The notes beneath the pieces are model-generated. The model saw nothing but the letters and a program-made list of their open reading frames with translations. It made no database searches and was not told the origin of the DNA. From NCBI GenBank assembly GCA_017544725.1, contig JAFYDR010000194.1, forward strand, positions 8,211 through 72,210: a stretch of DNA of 64,000 nt, read 5' to 3'. A program made the translations under genes and the position numbers. Position 1 is the first letter of the stretch. Every line of letters begins with the position of its first letter. The DNA comes from Kiritimatiellia bacterium. GTDB taxonomy: Bacteria > Verrucomicrobiota > Kiritimatiellia > RFP12 > UBA1067. Below, piece after piece: positions 1 through 8,772 of this stretch.

Positions 1-1060
1 GGTCGGCAACTGCGTGATTGGCACGATCATGGGGCGTTACTACGGCATGGATCGTTCCAAGAACTGGGACATCACCGATCAGGCGTTTCACGTGCTGACG
101 ATGGCTAAGTCGGATCGACGTACGAACGACGTGCTCGCCGCCGTTCAGGAGTCGTATGCCAATGACAAGACGCCGGACGGGACGGAGATGACCGATGAGT
201 ACATTCCTCCCTATATCGTCGGAGATTTCGACGGTATCAAGGACGGCGATAGCGTGATGCATTTCAACTACCGTCAGGACCGTGCCATCCAGTTGACGCA
301 GGCGTTTGTCTGCGATGACTATGCGGGCAAGCGTTTGGTGCGTCCGAAGATTGCCTATCTTGGGTTCACGCGTTACTGGGATGAGTTCGAGGATTATCTG
401 CTGGGCGCGATGGGTGGCGACGGTGGCATGGACAATCTGCTGGGCGAGGTTGTTTCGCGTGCCGGGATCAAGCAGCTGCGCATCGCCGAGACGCAGAAGT
501 TCCGTCATGTCACGAGTTTCTTCAATGGCAAATCCACGAAACCGAGTGAAGGCGAGGAGCAGGTCGATATCAAGAGCCGCTTCGATCCCGCGACGTTCGC
601 AAGCCATCCCGAGATGGAGGCGTACAACGTGACGGAAGCCCTGCTGAAGAAGTTGGGGAACAATCCCTACGGGTTGATCGTGGTGAACTACGCGAACTGC
701 GACATGGTCGGTCACACTGGAGATTACGATGCCGCAAAACGTGCGGTGGAAATCGTCGATGAATGCATCGGGAAACTCCTTCCTCGGTTGATGGAACTGG
801 ACGCGCACGTGTTGATCACCGCTGACCACGGGAACGCGGAGGAGATGTTCGACTACGACACGAAGATGGTGAAAACCAGCCACACGACCTTTGATGTGGA
901 ACTCTTCTACGTCGCGAAGGACGCACCCGGAACGCCGATGCTCAAACTCGGAAAGTTGGCTGACATCGCCCCGACAATCCTCTACCTGCTGGGCATCCCG
1001 CAGCCGAAGGAAATGACTGCAGTCAATCTGATTACTGGCAAACGTCCGTGGAACGATTAA
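1..1060 (+). CDS. gpmI: 2,3-bisphosphoglycerate-independent phosphoglycerate mutase, C-terminal ~350 aa. The 5' end lies upstream of the window.
   Basis: The ORF is open to the window start. The translation carries iPGM C-terminal metalloenzyme-domain motifs (NYANCDMVGHTGD, LITADHGNAEEM) and the typical C-terminus. Family assignment is from established knowledge of iPGM. Confidence 0.85.
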   Translation, partial: VGNCVIGTIMGRYYGMDRSKNWDITDQAFHVLTMAKSDRRTNDVLAAVQESYANDKTPDGTEMTDEYIPPYIVGDFDGIKDGDSVMHFNYRQDRAIQLTQAFVCDDYAGKRLVRPKIAYLGFTRYWDEFEDYLLGAMGGDGGMDNLLGEVVSRAGIKQLRIAETQKFRHVTSFFNGKSTKPSEGEEQVDIKSRFDPATFASHPEMEAYNVTEALLKKLGNNPYGLIVVNYANCDMVGHTGDYDAAKRAVEIVDECIGKLLPRLMELDAHVLITADHGNAEEMFDYDTKMVKTSHTTFDVELFYVAKDAPGTPMLKLGKLADIAPTILYLLGIPQPKEMTAVNLITGKRPWND

Positions 1061-1100
1061 GCGGTTTTGCGCGAGTGCACAGTTCTGAGTAGAAGGTGTG

Positions 1101-1126
1101 GCACGCGGGCATTCTTGCCCGTGTGC
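1101..1126 (+). terminator. Near-perfect GC hairpin (GCACGCGGGCA-TTCT-TGCCCGTGTGC) about 40 nt after the gpmI stop. Candidate intrinsic terminator.
   Basis: Inverted repeat read directly from the sequence. There is no strong U-run, hence low confidence. Confidence 0.3.
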
Positions 1127-1216
1127 AAAGGTGAAATTGTCGCGTCTTTTTCGTTCCTTCACGTTTCATCCTTCCCGCATCTCCGCTTTTCTACGGCATG
1201 AGATGATCATCATCCA

Positions 1217-3370
1217 ATGACACGTATCAAGCAGACTGGTATTGTTGTACTGCAAGTGTTAACCATGATAGCATTTGCTGTTGCAGCAGAACCATCGACG
1301 ATAATTTTCGTCGAGACAGGATCGGCGTTGCCGGTTGTTGAGTTCGGTACATCGGCAACATTGGTGGTGTCGAATTCGCAGGAGCGGTCGGTTGCTTGGA
1401 GAGTAGCGGTACATGGCGAAGATGGTTTTGGACGCTCATTTCGGATTCCTGCGATCACGATAAGCGCGCCCGTTTCGGTCGGGAACATTTGCCGCATTCC
1501 GTTGCCGCCATCTCTGGCGAAGGGCGTGTGGCGGCTTGGCGTCGAGATCCGAAATGTGAACGATGAGGAGATATGTCGGACGGAACGCAGATTTGCAGTT
1601 CTAGATCCGCATCCTGTGACATCCTGTTTGCCGGAAGGCGTATTCCGTTTGGGTATCCACGTTCATTGCGGACGCTATTCGCAAGACGTGAGCGAACGTG
1701 TTGTCGATGCGGTGACACGTGCTGGCGCGAAGCTGGTACGTACGGACTATGCGTTCATGTTTTCAGACGTCTATCCGAACGGTCCAGACTCACCGCAATG
1801 GGGCAGAGCCGACCGTTTGATGGCCGACTTCAAGGCGCACGGACTTTCGCTGGATGCGATTATCTACGGTACACCCACATGGGCGAGGATTCCAGAACTG
1901 GCGACGGCTAAGGGACGCGGCGAGTGGTCTATCCCCACGAAGCCGGGACTTTTCGGAAAGTTCGCTGGTGAGGTGGTCGCACGGTACGGTGCGGACATCG
2001 CCTACTACGAGATCGGCAACGAACTTGACGCCATCGCGAAAGACATGTTGCCGACACGAGAGCTGATGCGTATCCAGCGCGAGGCGTACGAGGCAATCAA
2101 GGCGGTCGCGCCTGACGCGAAAGTGATTCCATGCGGTTGGGCGTGGTTGGGCGCACACGAGGGCGCGGCACCGCTTTGGGGTAATCCCGATCTTGCCCTG
2201 ACGATGATGCGTGACGGTAAAAAATGGTATGACGCATGGCCGGTACATGGTCACGGACCTTGGGAGAAATTTGCTTGGGGTCTTGAACACGATTTCTTCC
2301 CTGATCGAAAGGCAAATGGAGCAGATGCGGTTCCGTGGCTCTGCAATGAAACGGCTCGCTCGTCAGCGATGGGGGACGAGCGAGCGGCTGCGGTCGATGT
2401 TTGGCGGAAGATTCTCTATGCGCGGTCGCGCGGTGCCCGTGACTATATCTGGTACAACCTGAGAGCCGTCAATCGCGATCCCAACAGCAGCGAGGGCGGT
2501 TACGGGATGATGACGATGGACTTTGAGCCGCGCGGGACCTATGCGGCGTTCTCGGCAATTGCCTCGGTATTCAACGGGATGGTGTTCGACCGCGTGGTCG
2601 TAAGCGACGGTCCCAAACAGCTGTTCTTGTATCAAGGTGAGAAGGACGGCGTACCGTGCCGTATCTTGGCGGGATGGTACGGCGGATTTGTGGAGGGAAC
2701 CGATGTGCGTATAAGGACGGATGCTGTTCGTGCCGTTCTTTGCGACCTGATGAACAACCAGCGGGAGGTGCCGATTGTAAACGGTGTCGCAGTATTTCGC
2801 TGGACTGACAATCCGGCGGCACTCGTCTTGGAGCGGTGCGGGAAAACGGTTTGCGAGCCGGAAGACCTTAAAGCTGTCGCACCGTCGCCGCCGCCGAAGA
2901 TCTTGGGCGGAGATCCGAACCGCCCTCGTGATTTCGAACTTTCCGATGCCGACGGTCATGTCGTGAACGTGCATGAGGGAATGCCACATCTGCAACATCG
3001 CCTTTGGCAGGGTTGGCAAGATGTCTTCACTCGCATCTATCTTGACCGTGAAGGAACTGACGGCATACGGGTTAGAGCCAGTGGGCAGGACGATAGACGC
3101 GGGGAAGGGGATGGACTGGAACTGCGCTTTGAAAACCGTAAGGGGGTACGGAAGGTTGTGATGTTAAAGCCGACGAATCGAGTGGGTGTCCAAGACGAAT
3201 ATAACGCATTGCTGAACGCAGGACAGACAGGTTTGTCGGCAGATGATCTCGAAAAGGGGTTCTTGCTCTCCATTCGGTTGTTGGACGATGACGGGGAGGG
3301 GATCGACTGTTGGTTGCAACTCAGCATCGGTGTGGAGCCGCCATTCGTGCCGGTGAGGTTTGGCAAATGA
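1217..3370 (+). CDS. Secreted hypothetical protein with a clan GH-A-like glycoside hydrolase (TIM-barrel) region.
   Basis: 717-aa ORF with an N-terminal signal-peptide-like segment (MTRIKQTGIVVLQVLTMIAFAVAA). It has a YYEIGNELD motif that resembles the GH5/GH39 acid/base NE(P) strand. No closer family could be assigned without a search. Confidence 0.6.
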   Translation: MTRIKQTGIVVLQVLTMIAFAVAAEPSTIIFVETGSALPVVEFGTSATLVVSNSQERSVAWRVAVHGEDGFGRSFRIPAITISAPVSVGNICRIPLPPSLAKGVWRLGVEIRNVNDEEICRTERRFAVLDPHPVTSCLPEGVFRLGIHVHCGRYSQDVSERVVDAVTRAGAKLVRTDYAFMFSDVYPNGPDSPQWGRADRLMADFKAHGLSLDAIIYGTPTWARIPELATAKGRGEWSIPTKPGLFGKFAGEVVARYGADIAYYEIGNELDAIAKDMLPTRELMRIQREAYEAIKAVAPDAKVIPCGWAWLGAHEGAAPLWGNPDLALTMMRDGKKWYDAWPVHGHGPWEKFAWGLEHDFFPDRKANGADAVPWLCNETARSSAMGDERAAAVDVWRKILYARSRGARDYIWYNLRAVNRDPNSSEGGYGMMTMDFEPRGTYAAFSAIASVFNGMVFDRVVVSDGPKQLFLYQGEKDGVPCRILAGWYGGFVEGTDVRIRTDAVRAVLCDLMNNQREVPIVNGVAVFRWTDNPAALVLERCGKTVCEPEDLKAVAPSPPPKILGGDPNRPRDFELSDADGHVVNVHEGMPHLQHRLWQGWQDVFTRIYLDREGTDGIRVRASGQDDRRGEGDGLELRFENRKGVRKVVMLKPTNRVGVQDEYNALLNAGQTGLSADDLEKGFLLSIRLLDDDGEGIDCWLQLSIGVEPPFVPVRFGK

Positions 3371-3509
3371 CATCGCATTTTCGGTTTCAAAATCCCGCTT
3401 GCTCCTCGTCCATGCAATGTGCTACACTTTTTTTCGTTCGGCGATGATAGCCGAACGTGGGATCTTTGTCATACCGGCGGGCATCCGGCCGCCGGACGGT
3501 CGCCACATC

Positions 3510-3533
3510 GGGAGGGGCAACGTCCCCGTTGCC
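3510..3533 (-). repeat. Copy of the 24-nt palindromic element GGCAACGGGGACGTTGCCCCTCCC, in reverse orientation.
   Basis: GGGAGGGGCAACGTCCCCGTTGCC was read here. The same element recurs at 7703, 16092, 46168, 46262 and 50041, with degenerate copies at 33347 and 57764. Confidence 0.7.
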
Positions 3534-3557
3534 TTTATGGGATCGACTATTGGGGCG

Positions 3558-3665
3558 TGGGCGAGTTAGCTCGCACTATAAAGACAAGTTGTTTTCTTGT
3601 AAGTTGTTTCTGTTGCTTTGTTTCAAACGATAGCTGAATTTGTGGCGAAAAACACAGATACGCCC
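3558..3665 (+). repeat. AT-rich conserved element, copy 1. A GC hairpin is followed by a T-rich tract (..GCGAGTTAGCTCGCACTATAAAGACAAGTTGTTTTCTTGTAAGTTGTTTCTGTTGCTTTGTTTCAAA..). Candidate sRNA or leader element.
   Basis: A second copy at 21946-22045 is about 85% identical. Both are on the + strand upstream of + strand genes (rpsO, hisC). The AT-rich composition is an island in a GC-rich genome. Confidence 0.55.
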
Positions 3666-3908
3666 AAGGCAAAGGTAAAACATGCCAAAAAATTGGGCTT
3701 GACGGATGCGGGGAGGGTTTGGTATTGTAGCCGCTCATTTCTGCGACGTGTCTAAGGAGACATTCCCCGTCGCGGGTTTTCTCGGCGAAAGAATCGCTGG
3801 GGCATGGGTCTGTTCGGAAGGTCCGGACGGAACTGCGGCGGGGACGTTCGGCTTTGCCGACCGTCGCAGGAGCGGACACAACAGCGGAAAAGGACCGCGA
3901 GACAGACT

Positions 3909-4172
3909 ATGAGCCAGATTGATAAAGCAGCTATTCGCAAAGAGTTTCAGCGCCATGACCGGGACACCGGTTCCAGCGAAGTTCAGATCGCCACTTTGAC
4001 CAAGCGTATTGAGCATCTTACGCAGCACCTCAAGGCCAACAAGAAGGATCAGAGTTCCCGTTACGGGCTGATCCGTATGGTCAACAACCGTCGCAGCCTT
4101 CTGGAATACCTGAAACGTGAAGATGAAGCTCGTTACCAGGAGGTCATCAAAGCCCTCGGACTCCGCCGTTAA
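3909..4172 (+). CDS. rpsO: 30S ribosomal protein S15
   Basis: 87-aa translation [68 protein letters not shown] is canonical S15. It sits immediately upstream of pnp, the conserved rpsO-pnp arrangement. The ORF-track entry 3804..4172 is the same frame with a spurious upstream extension. Confidence 0.95.
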   Translation: MSQIDKAAIRKEFQRHDRDTGSSEVQIATLTKRIEHLTQHLKANKKDQSSRYGLIRMVNNRRSLLEYLKREDEARYQEVIKALGLRR

Positions 4173-4201
4173 CCGAATGAACAGTAGGAGTAAAGGGTTT
4201 T

Positions 4202-6322
4202 ATGAAAGATACAAAATCCGTCTCGTTTGATGTAGGCGGGAGAACCATGACGATCGAGACGGGGCTTCTCGCCCGTCAGGCCGCTGGCGCGACAACTGTC
4301 CGCTTCGGCGATTCGATGGTTTTCTCGGCCGTGACGAACACCGATAAGCCGCGTGAAGGAATCGATTTCTTCCCCTTGCAGTGTGAGTATCGTGAGAAGT
4401 TCTACGCCTCCGGCAAATTTCCCGGCGGCCATTTCAAGCGGGAGTCCCGTCCTACCACGCGCGAGATCCTCTGCAGCCGTATCACCGACCGCCCGATCCG
4501 TCCGCTCTTTCCGGAGGGCTACTATAACGACGTGCAGATCAACAGCATGGTGATTTCCGCTGACGGCGAGAACGAGACCGACACGTTGGCGGTGAACGCG
4601 GCTTCTGCCGCGTTGACGATTTCTGAGATTCCCTTCATGGGACCGATCGGTGCCGTGCGCATTGGCCGCATCAACGGCGAGTTCGTCATCAACCCCACGC
4701 AAAAACAGCGTCTCGAAAGCGACCTCGATCTTCTCTACGCCGGTACGCACGACCGTTTCCTGATGATGGAAGGAAGCGCGAAGGAAATCACGGAAGAGGA
4801 TTTCCTCGCCGCGATGAAGCGCGCGCACATCGAAGTCGTCAAGATTGTAGAAGCTCAGTTGCAGCTCCGCCGTGATCTCGGCAAACCGGACAAGCATATC
4901 GAGGACGGCAAGCTGGACGAAGAGAAGCTGGCGTTCCTCTACGCGGAAGGCGGGGAGAAACTGAAGGCAGCTCTTCTGGTCGCGGACAAGCTGGACCGCG
5001 AGGCGCAGGTCAAGGCGATTCGCGAGGACCTCTGTGCGAAGATGAAAGAGAAGTGGCCTGAGGAAATCGATGATGTGAAGTTCGTCCATTTCTTCGACGC
5101 GATGGAGATCGCAATCGTCCGTAAGAATGTTCTGGAAGAGGGGAAGCGAATCGACGGTCGTGGTTTCGACGAGATCCGTAAGCTCTATGCCCAGATCGAC
5201 CTGCTCCCGCGTGCGCATGGTTCCGCCCTCTTCGAACGCGGCGAGACATCCGCGATGGGCGTGGTTACGCTCGGTACGCGCAAGGATGCGCAGGATCTCG
5301 ACAACATCGTCGGTGGCGCCTCCTCGCAAAGCTTCCTGCTTCACTACAACTTCCCGCCGTACTGCACGGGCGAAGTTGGCAAGCTCGGTTCGACCGGGCG
5401 TCGCGAGATCGGCCATGGTGCGTTGGCGGAACGTTCGTTGGCGCAGGTACTGCCCGACAACTTCCCGTACACGATCCGCGTGGTTTCGGAAGTCATGGGT
5501 TCGAACGGTTCCTCCTCGATGGCAACCTGTTGCGTCGGCACGTTGGCGCTCCAGGCCGCAGGCGTTCCGATCAAGGCACCTGTCGCGGGTATCTCTATCG
5601 GAATGTTCACCACGCCGGATGAAAGCAAGTGCATTCTCGTCACCGATATTCTCGGCGCTGAGGACCATTGCGGCGACATGGACTTCAAGATTGCCGGAAC
5701 GCGCAAGGGTATCACAGGATTTCAGGTGGACCTCAAGATTCGCGGTCTGACATGGGACATGGTGGAAGAGGCGCTGCGTAAGGCGAAGGTCGCTCGCGGT
5801 CAGATTTTGGACTATATGCAGACCATTCTGCCAGAGTCTCGTGCGGAACTCTCGCCGTATGCCCCGCGCATCACGACGATGGAAATCCCGAAGGACAAGA
5901 TCGGTGCTCTCATCGGTCCGGGTGGCGCGAACATCCGCGGCATCTGCGAACTTTCCGGGGCGCAGATCGACATCGTGGAAGAGGGCGATGTCGGCGTGGT
6001 CCACATCTATGCGAACAACGGCGAATCGATGCGCATCGCGCAGGAGAAGGTCGCCGAAGTCACTGCACAGGCCGAGGAAGGCAAGATCTACGAGGGTACG
6101 GTCACCGGTGTCAAGGAGTTCGGCGCATTCGTCGAAATTCTACCCGGCATCGAGGGGCTGTGCCACATCAGCGAACTCGCCGACCGTCGTATCGCGCGTG
6201 TCGAAGATGTCTGCAAGATGGGTGAGAAGATCACCGTTAAGTGTATCGGCATCAACGACCGTGGTCAGGTTAAGCTCTCTCGCCGCGAGGCGATGCGCGA
6301 CTTGGACGCGAAAAAGCAGTAA
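4202..6322 (+). CDS. pnp: Polyribonucleotide nucleotidyltransferase (PNPase)
   Basis: 706 aa with two RNase PH domains, a KH domain ([11 protein letters not shown]) and a C-terminal S1 domain ([27 protein letters not shown]). An AGGAG Shine-Dalgarno lies 8 nt upstream. Confidence 0.97.
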   Translation: MKDTKSVSFDVGGRTMTIETGLLARQAAGATTVRFGDSMVFSAVTNTDKPREGIDFFPLQCEYREKFYASGKFPGGHFKRESRPTTREILCSRITDRPIRPLFPEGYYNDVQINSMVISADGENETDTLAVNAASAALTISEIPFMGPIGAVRIGRINGEFVINPTQKQRLESDLDLLYAGTHDRFLMMEGSAKEITEEDFLAAMKRAHIEVVKIVEAQLQLRRDLGKPDKHIEDGKLDEEKLAFLYAEGGEKLKAALLVADKLDREAQVKAIREDLCAKMKEKWPEEIDDVKFVHFFDAMEIAIVRKNVLEEGKRIDGRGFDEIRKLYAQIDLLPRAHGSALFERGETSAMGVVTLGTRKDAQDLDNIVGGASSQSFLLHYNFPPYCTGEVGKLGSTGRREIGHGALAERSLAQVLPDNFPYTIRVVSEVMGSNGSSSMATCCVGTLALQAAGVPIKAPVAGISIGMFTTPDESKCILVTDILGAEDHCGDMDFKIAGTRKGITGFQVDLKIRGLTWDMVEEALRKAKVARGQILDYMQTILPESRAELSPYAPRITTMEIPKDKIGALIGPGGANIRGICELSGAQIDIVEEGDVGVVHIYANNGESMRIAQEKVAEVTAQAEEGKIYEGTVTGVKEFGAFVEILPGIEGLCHISELADRRIARVEDVCKMGEKITVKCIGINDRGQVKLSRREAMRDLDAKKQ

Positions 6323-6337
6323 TGCGGTTCAACGACA

Positions 6338-6367
6338 GGGCGTATCGGACTTTCGTTCGGTACGCCC
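6338..6367 (+). terminator. Hairpin GGGCGTATCGGAC-TTTC-GTTCGGTACGCCC followed by a T-rich CCTTGTTCC. Candidate pnp terminator.
   Basis: Inverted repeat read from the sequence, 16 nt after the pnp stop. Confidence 0.4.
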
Positions 6368-6615
6368 TCCTTGTTCCTTCGTCGCTCTCGTGCGACGCGC
6401 AAACGTGAATGGGTTTAGCTTGAATGATTGCTCACAAGTCACAAATACCAATCATCTGCATTGATGGCAATTGTGACATTTGTGAACAATGATAAAATTA
6501 TAAGCAAGCTCGCCGTCCGCGTTCGCACGGGAATGTTCAGGGGGATAATTTGGAAACTACCGCATCTCGTCACTCGTCACTACTTCGCGCAGCGAAGTTA
6601 CAAGAAGGATTCGCA

Positions 6616-7596
6616 ATGGATAATCGACAGATGATCGAGCGTGCCCGTCAGGTGATGGACACGGAAATCGAGGGGCTTCGCCTTTCGAGAGACGCCATGG
6701 GCGATGGGTTCGTCCAGACAGTCCGACTGCTATATGATGCTATCGCAGCGGGCGGCAAAATCATCGTCTCCGGCGTGGGGAAGAATCTTCATATCGCCGA
6801 GAAGTTTTCTGCGACGCTTGCCAGTACCGGGTCGATCAGCGTGGTGATGAACCCGATTCAGGCGATGCACGGCGATCTCGGGATGGTTGCGGAAAACGAC
6901 GTGCTGGTCGCCCTCAGTTTCTCCGGCGAGTCGGACGAGATTATCAAGCTCATCCCTGCCGTGCGGCGGTTAGGCCTGAAGGTCATCGGCATGGTCGGCA
7001 ATGTAGAGAGTACCCTTGCGAAACTCAGCGATGTCGTACTTCCCGTCGTGATCGGTCAAGAGGCTTGCCCCTTCGGCATGGCTCCGACAACCAGCACCAC
7101 CGCCACGCTCGCCGTTGCCGATGCGGTCGCGATGGTTCTCATTGACCTCCATAATTTCCGCAAAGAAAATTTCGCGCGTTTGCATCCGGCGGGCGCGATT
7201 GGACGTGCGCTCATTCTGCGGGCGCGTGACATCATGCGGACTGGTGATCACCTTGCGAAACTTCGCGAGGACGCAACTGTGATGGACGCGATTCTCGCTA
7301 TGACGAAGAGCCAGTCCGGCTCGTCTGTCATTGTCGATGCCGACGGTAAGCTTGTCGGTATCTTTACTGACGGTGATTTCCGCCGCCACATCTCCACGGG
7401 GCTGACCGATCTCCAGACCTCCGTCTCCCAAGTCATGACCCGTAATCCGATCCATGCGAGAGATGACCTCTTCGCGATGGAGATCCTGCGAATCTTCGAG
7501 AAGCGCAAGATCGACGATCTGCCGATTGTCGATGCCGACAACACACTCGTCGGCTGCATTGACATCCAAGACCTCCCCAAAATGAAGGTGCTGTAG
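6616..7596 (+). CDS. kdsD: Arabinose-5-phosphate isomerase (SIS domain plus two CBS domains), KdsD/KpsF/GutQ family.
   Basis: SIS-domain motifs (GKIIVSGVGKN..HIAEKF, LSFSGESDE) followed by tandem CBS domains. The start was chosen at ATG 6616 (MDNRQMIERARQ), which follows an AAGAAGGA site. The longer ORF from 6550 looks like an over-extension. Confidence 0.85.
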   Translation: MDNRQMIERARQVMDTEIEGLRLSRDAMGDGFVQTVRLLYDAIAAGGKIIVSGVGKNLHIAEKFSATLASTGSISVVMNPIQAMHGDLGMVAENDVLVALSFSGESDEIIKLIPAVRRLGLKVIGMVGNVESTLAKLSDVVLPVVIGQEACPFGMAPTTSTTATLAVADAVAMVLIDLHNFRKENFARLHPAGAIGRALILRARDIMRTGDHLAKLREDATVMDAILAMTKSQSGSSVIVDADGKLVGIFTDGDFRRHISTGLTDLQTSVSQVMTRNPIHARDDLFAMEILRIFEKRKIDDLPIVDADNTLVGCIDIQDLPKMKVL

Positions 7597-7702
7597 GGCT
7601 GGGGCTATGCCGCTTATGGCGGCAGTGACGGATGACGAGATACGGCGTGGCTTACGCCTTCAGGCGGTTAGGCATGACAAGCTGGTAAAGCGGGTTAAGC
7701 TA

Positions 7703-7726
7703 GGCAACGAGGACGTTGCCCCTCCC
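7703..7726 (+). repeat. 24-nt palindromic element GGCAACGAGGACGTTGCCCCTCCC. It is embedded in a longer ~50-nt module (AAGCTGGTRAAGCGKGTTAAGCTAGGCAACG..) that is shared with 46146-46191.
   Basis: Exact repeat, read directly. The stem GGCAACG/CGTTGCC has loop AGGA. Confidence 0.75.
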
Positions 7727-7800
7727 AAGGCGGCTGTCGCCAGCCGAGAGGTGGGGAAGGGACATAAAGGACGAAAACGACAAAAGGGACGCCCCGCCCG

Positions 7801-7845
7801 CGCAGCGCACGGGAATATTCATAGGAAATATTTTTCGTTTCGGGC
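7801..7845 (+). repeat. E-module copy (GCCCCGCCCGCGCAGCGCACGGGAATATTCATAGGAAATATTTTT), a variant of the GC-clamp/AAGTTATCCCCATGAA family.
   Basis: It matches copies at 24781(-), 33373(-), 45894(+), 49741(+), 49943(+) and 55215(-). Confidence 0.6.
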
Positions 7846-7983
7846 AGCGGGGACGTTACCCGCGACGGAACGGACTGGCGAGACTGGCAGGAGTAGCGAG
7901 ACCGGCGGCTAACCCCCCGTCCCGATTGTCCTCATTGTCTCCATCATATTCGCCTTTCAGTTGGACGTCAGCCTTGGCCGTCA

Positions 7984-8012
7984 CCACTCTTCCTTGCCAA
8001 GCGGTCGATTAC
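7984..8012 (+). promoter_or_regulatory. Putative sigma70-type promoter TTGCCA-N17-TATCTT upstream of rsmE.
   Basis: Hexamers and spacing read from the sequence. It resembles the TTGCSS-N17/18-TATACT pattern seen upstream of hisC, proB and the sigma-54 activator gene. Confidence 0.3.
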
Positions 8013-8028
8013 TTGGTATCTTGTGCGC

Positions 8029-8772
8029 ATGAACAGAATCCTTTGGGAAGAAAGTGAAATTTTGTCGGATGGAAGCGTCCTTCTCTCGGACAAACGTGCC
8101 GCCCATATCCTGAATGTTCTTCATGGTACGCCGGGACAGGCGATCCAGACGGGCACGATCAACGGACTGGCGGGACGTTCCACGATTGTCGAGACGACCG
8201 CGCAATCGGTGCGTCTCCTTCCGTGTCATGATACGCGTACCGCCGCACCTTGGCTGGACTTGATTCTCGCGTGTCCGCGTCCCAAGGTGTTGAAGCGCCT
8301 TTGGGCGCAACTTGCGGCGTTGGGCGTTCGGAGAATCGCGGTCATCCACGCGGGCAAGGTTGAGAAATTTTATTTTAGTAGTCAATGGCTCTCGCCCGAC
8401 GCCTACCATCCGTTACTTCTAGAGGGGTTACAACAAGCGGGTACGACTGATATGCCGGAGGTATTCGTCCGTCCCTTGTTCAAGCCGTTCTTCGAAGATG
8501 AACTGGACTCCCTGTTTCCAGCCGACACTCGGTTGCTCGCGCATCCTGCGACCATGTCAAGTCAAGCGATTGAACTCCCTTCCGATACGCCTGTTACGCT
8601 CGCCATTGGTCCTGAAGGGGGCTGGACGGACTACGAACTCCGTCTGTTTCAGGAAAAGGGATTCCGCTTCTTTTCGCTCGGTTCTCGCACGTTGCGGACG
8701 GACACGGCTTGTATCGCTTTGATTTCGGTGCTGGATTGGATTCGTTCCCGAAAGAAGGAGGATGGGCAATGA
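8029..8772 (+). CDS. rsmE: 16S rRNA (uracil1498-N3)-methyltransferase, RsmE family.
   Basis: It carries the RsmE signature LAIGPEGGWTDYE and a PUA-like N-terminal region. ATG 8029 was preferred over the GTG at 8023 used by the ORF track. Confidence 0.85.
   Translation: MNRILWEESEILSDGSVLLSDKRAAHILNVLHGTPGQAIQTGTINGLAGRSTIVETTAQSVRLLPCHDTRTAAPWLDLILACPRPKVLKRLWAQLAALGVRRIAVIHAGKVEKFYFSSQWLSPDAYHPLLLEGLQQAGTTDMPEVFVRPLFKPFFEDELDSLFPADTRLLAHPATMSSQAIELPSDTPVTLAIGPEGGWTDYELRLFQEKGFRFFSLGSRTLRTDTACIALISVLDWIRSRKKEDGQ

Noticed and set aside
1095-1120. Sigma-54 promoter-like TGGCAC..TTGC downstream of gpmI.
   Set aside because: The spacing between the GG and GC elements is 10 nt instead of 4-5 nt. 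The sequence is better explained as a terminator-like palindrome.
4169-6004. 611-aa ORF antisense to pnp. There are many similar long antisense ORFs: 10199-11344, 13015-14157, 14320-15516, 24826-25815, 27799-28968, 35326-36762, 37782-39218, 44732-45754, 50658-52610, 53090-54784 and 56243-57817.
   Set aside because: High GC suppresses stop codons on the opposite strand of real genes. The sense-strand genes have unambiguous conserved motifs, and the antisense translations are Arg/Ala-rich with no recognisable domains.
8023-8028. GTG start for rsmE as used by the ORF track (MRMNRIL).
   Set aside because: An in-frame ATG 6 nt downstream (8029) gives the conserved MNRILWEE N-terminus and is better placed relative to the putative promoter.
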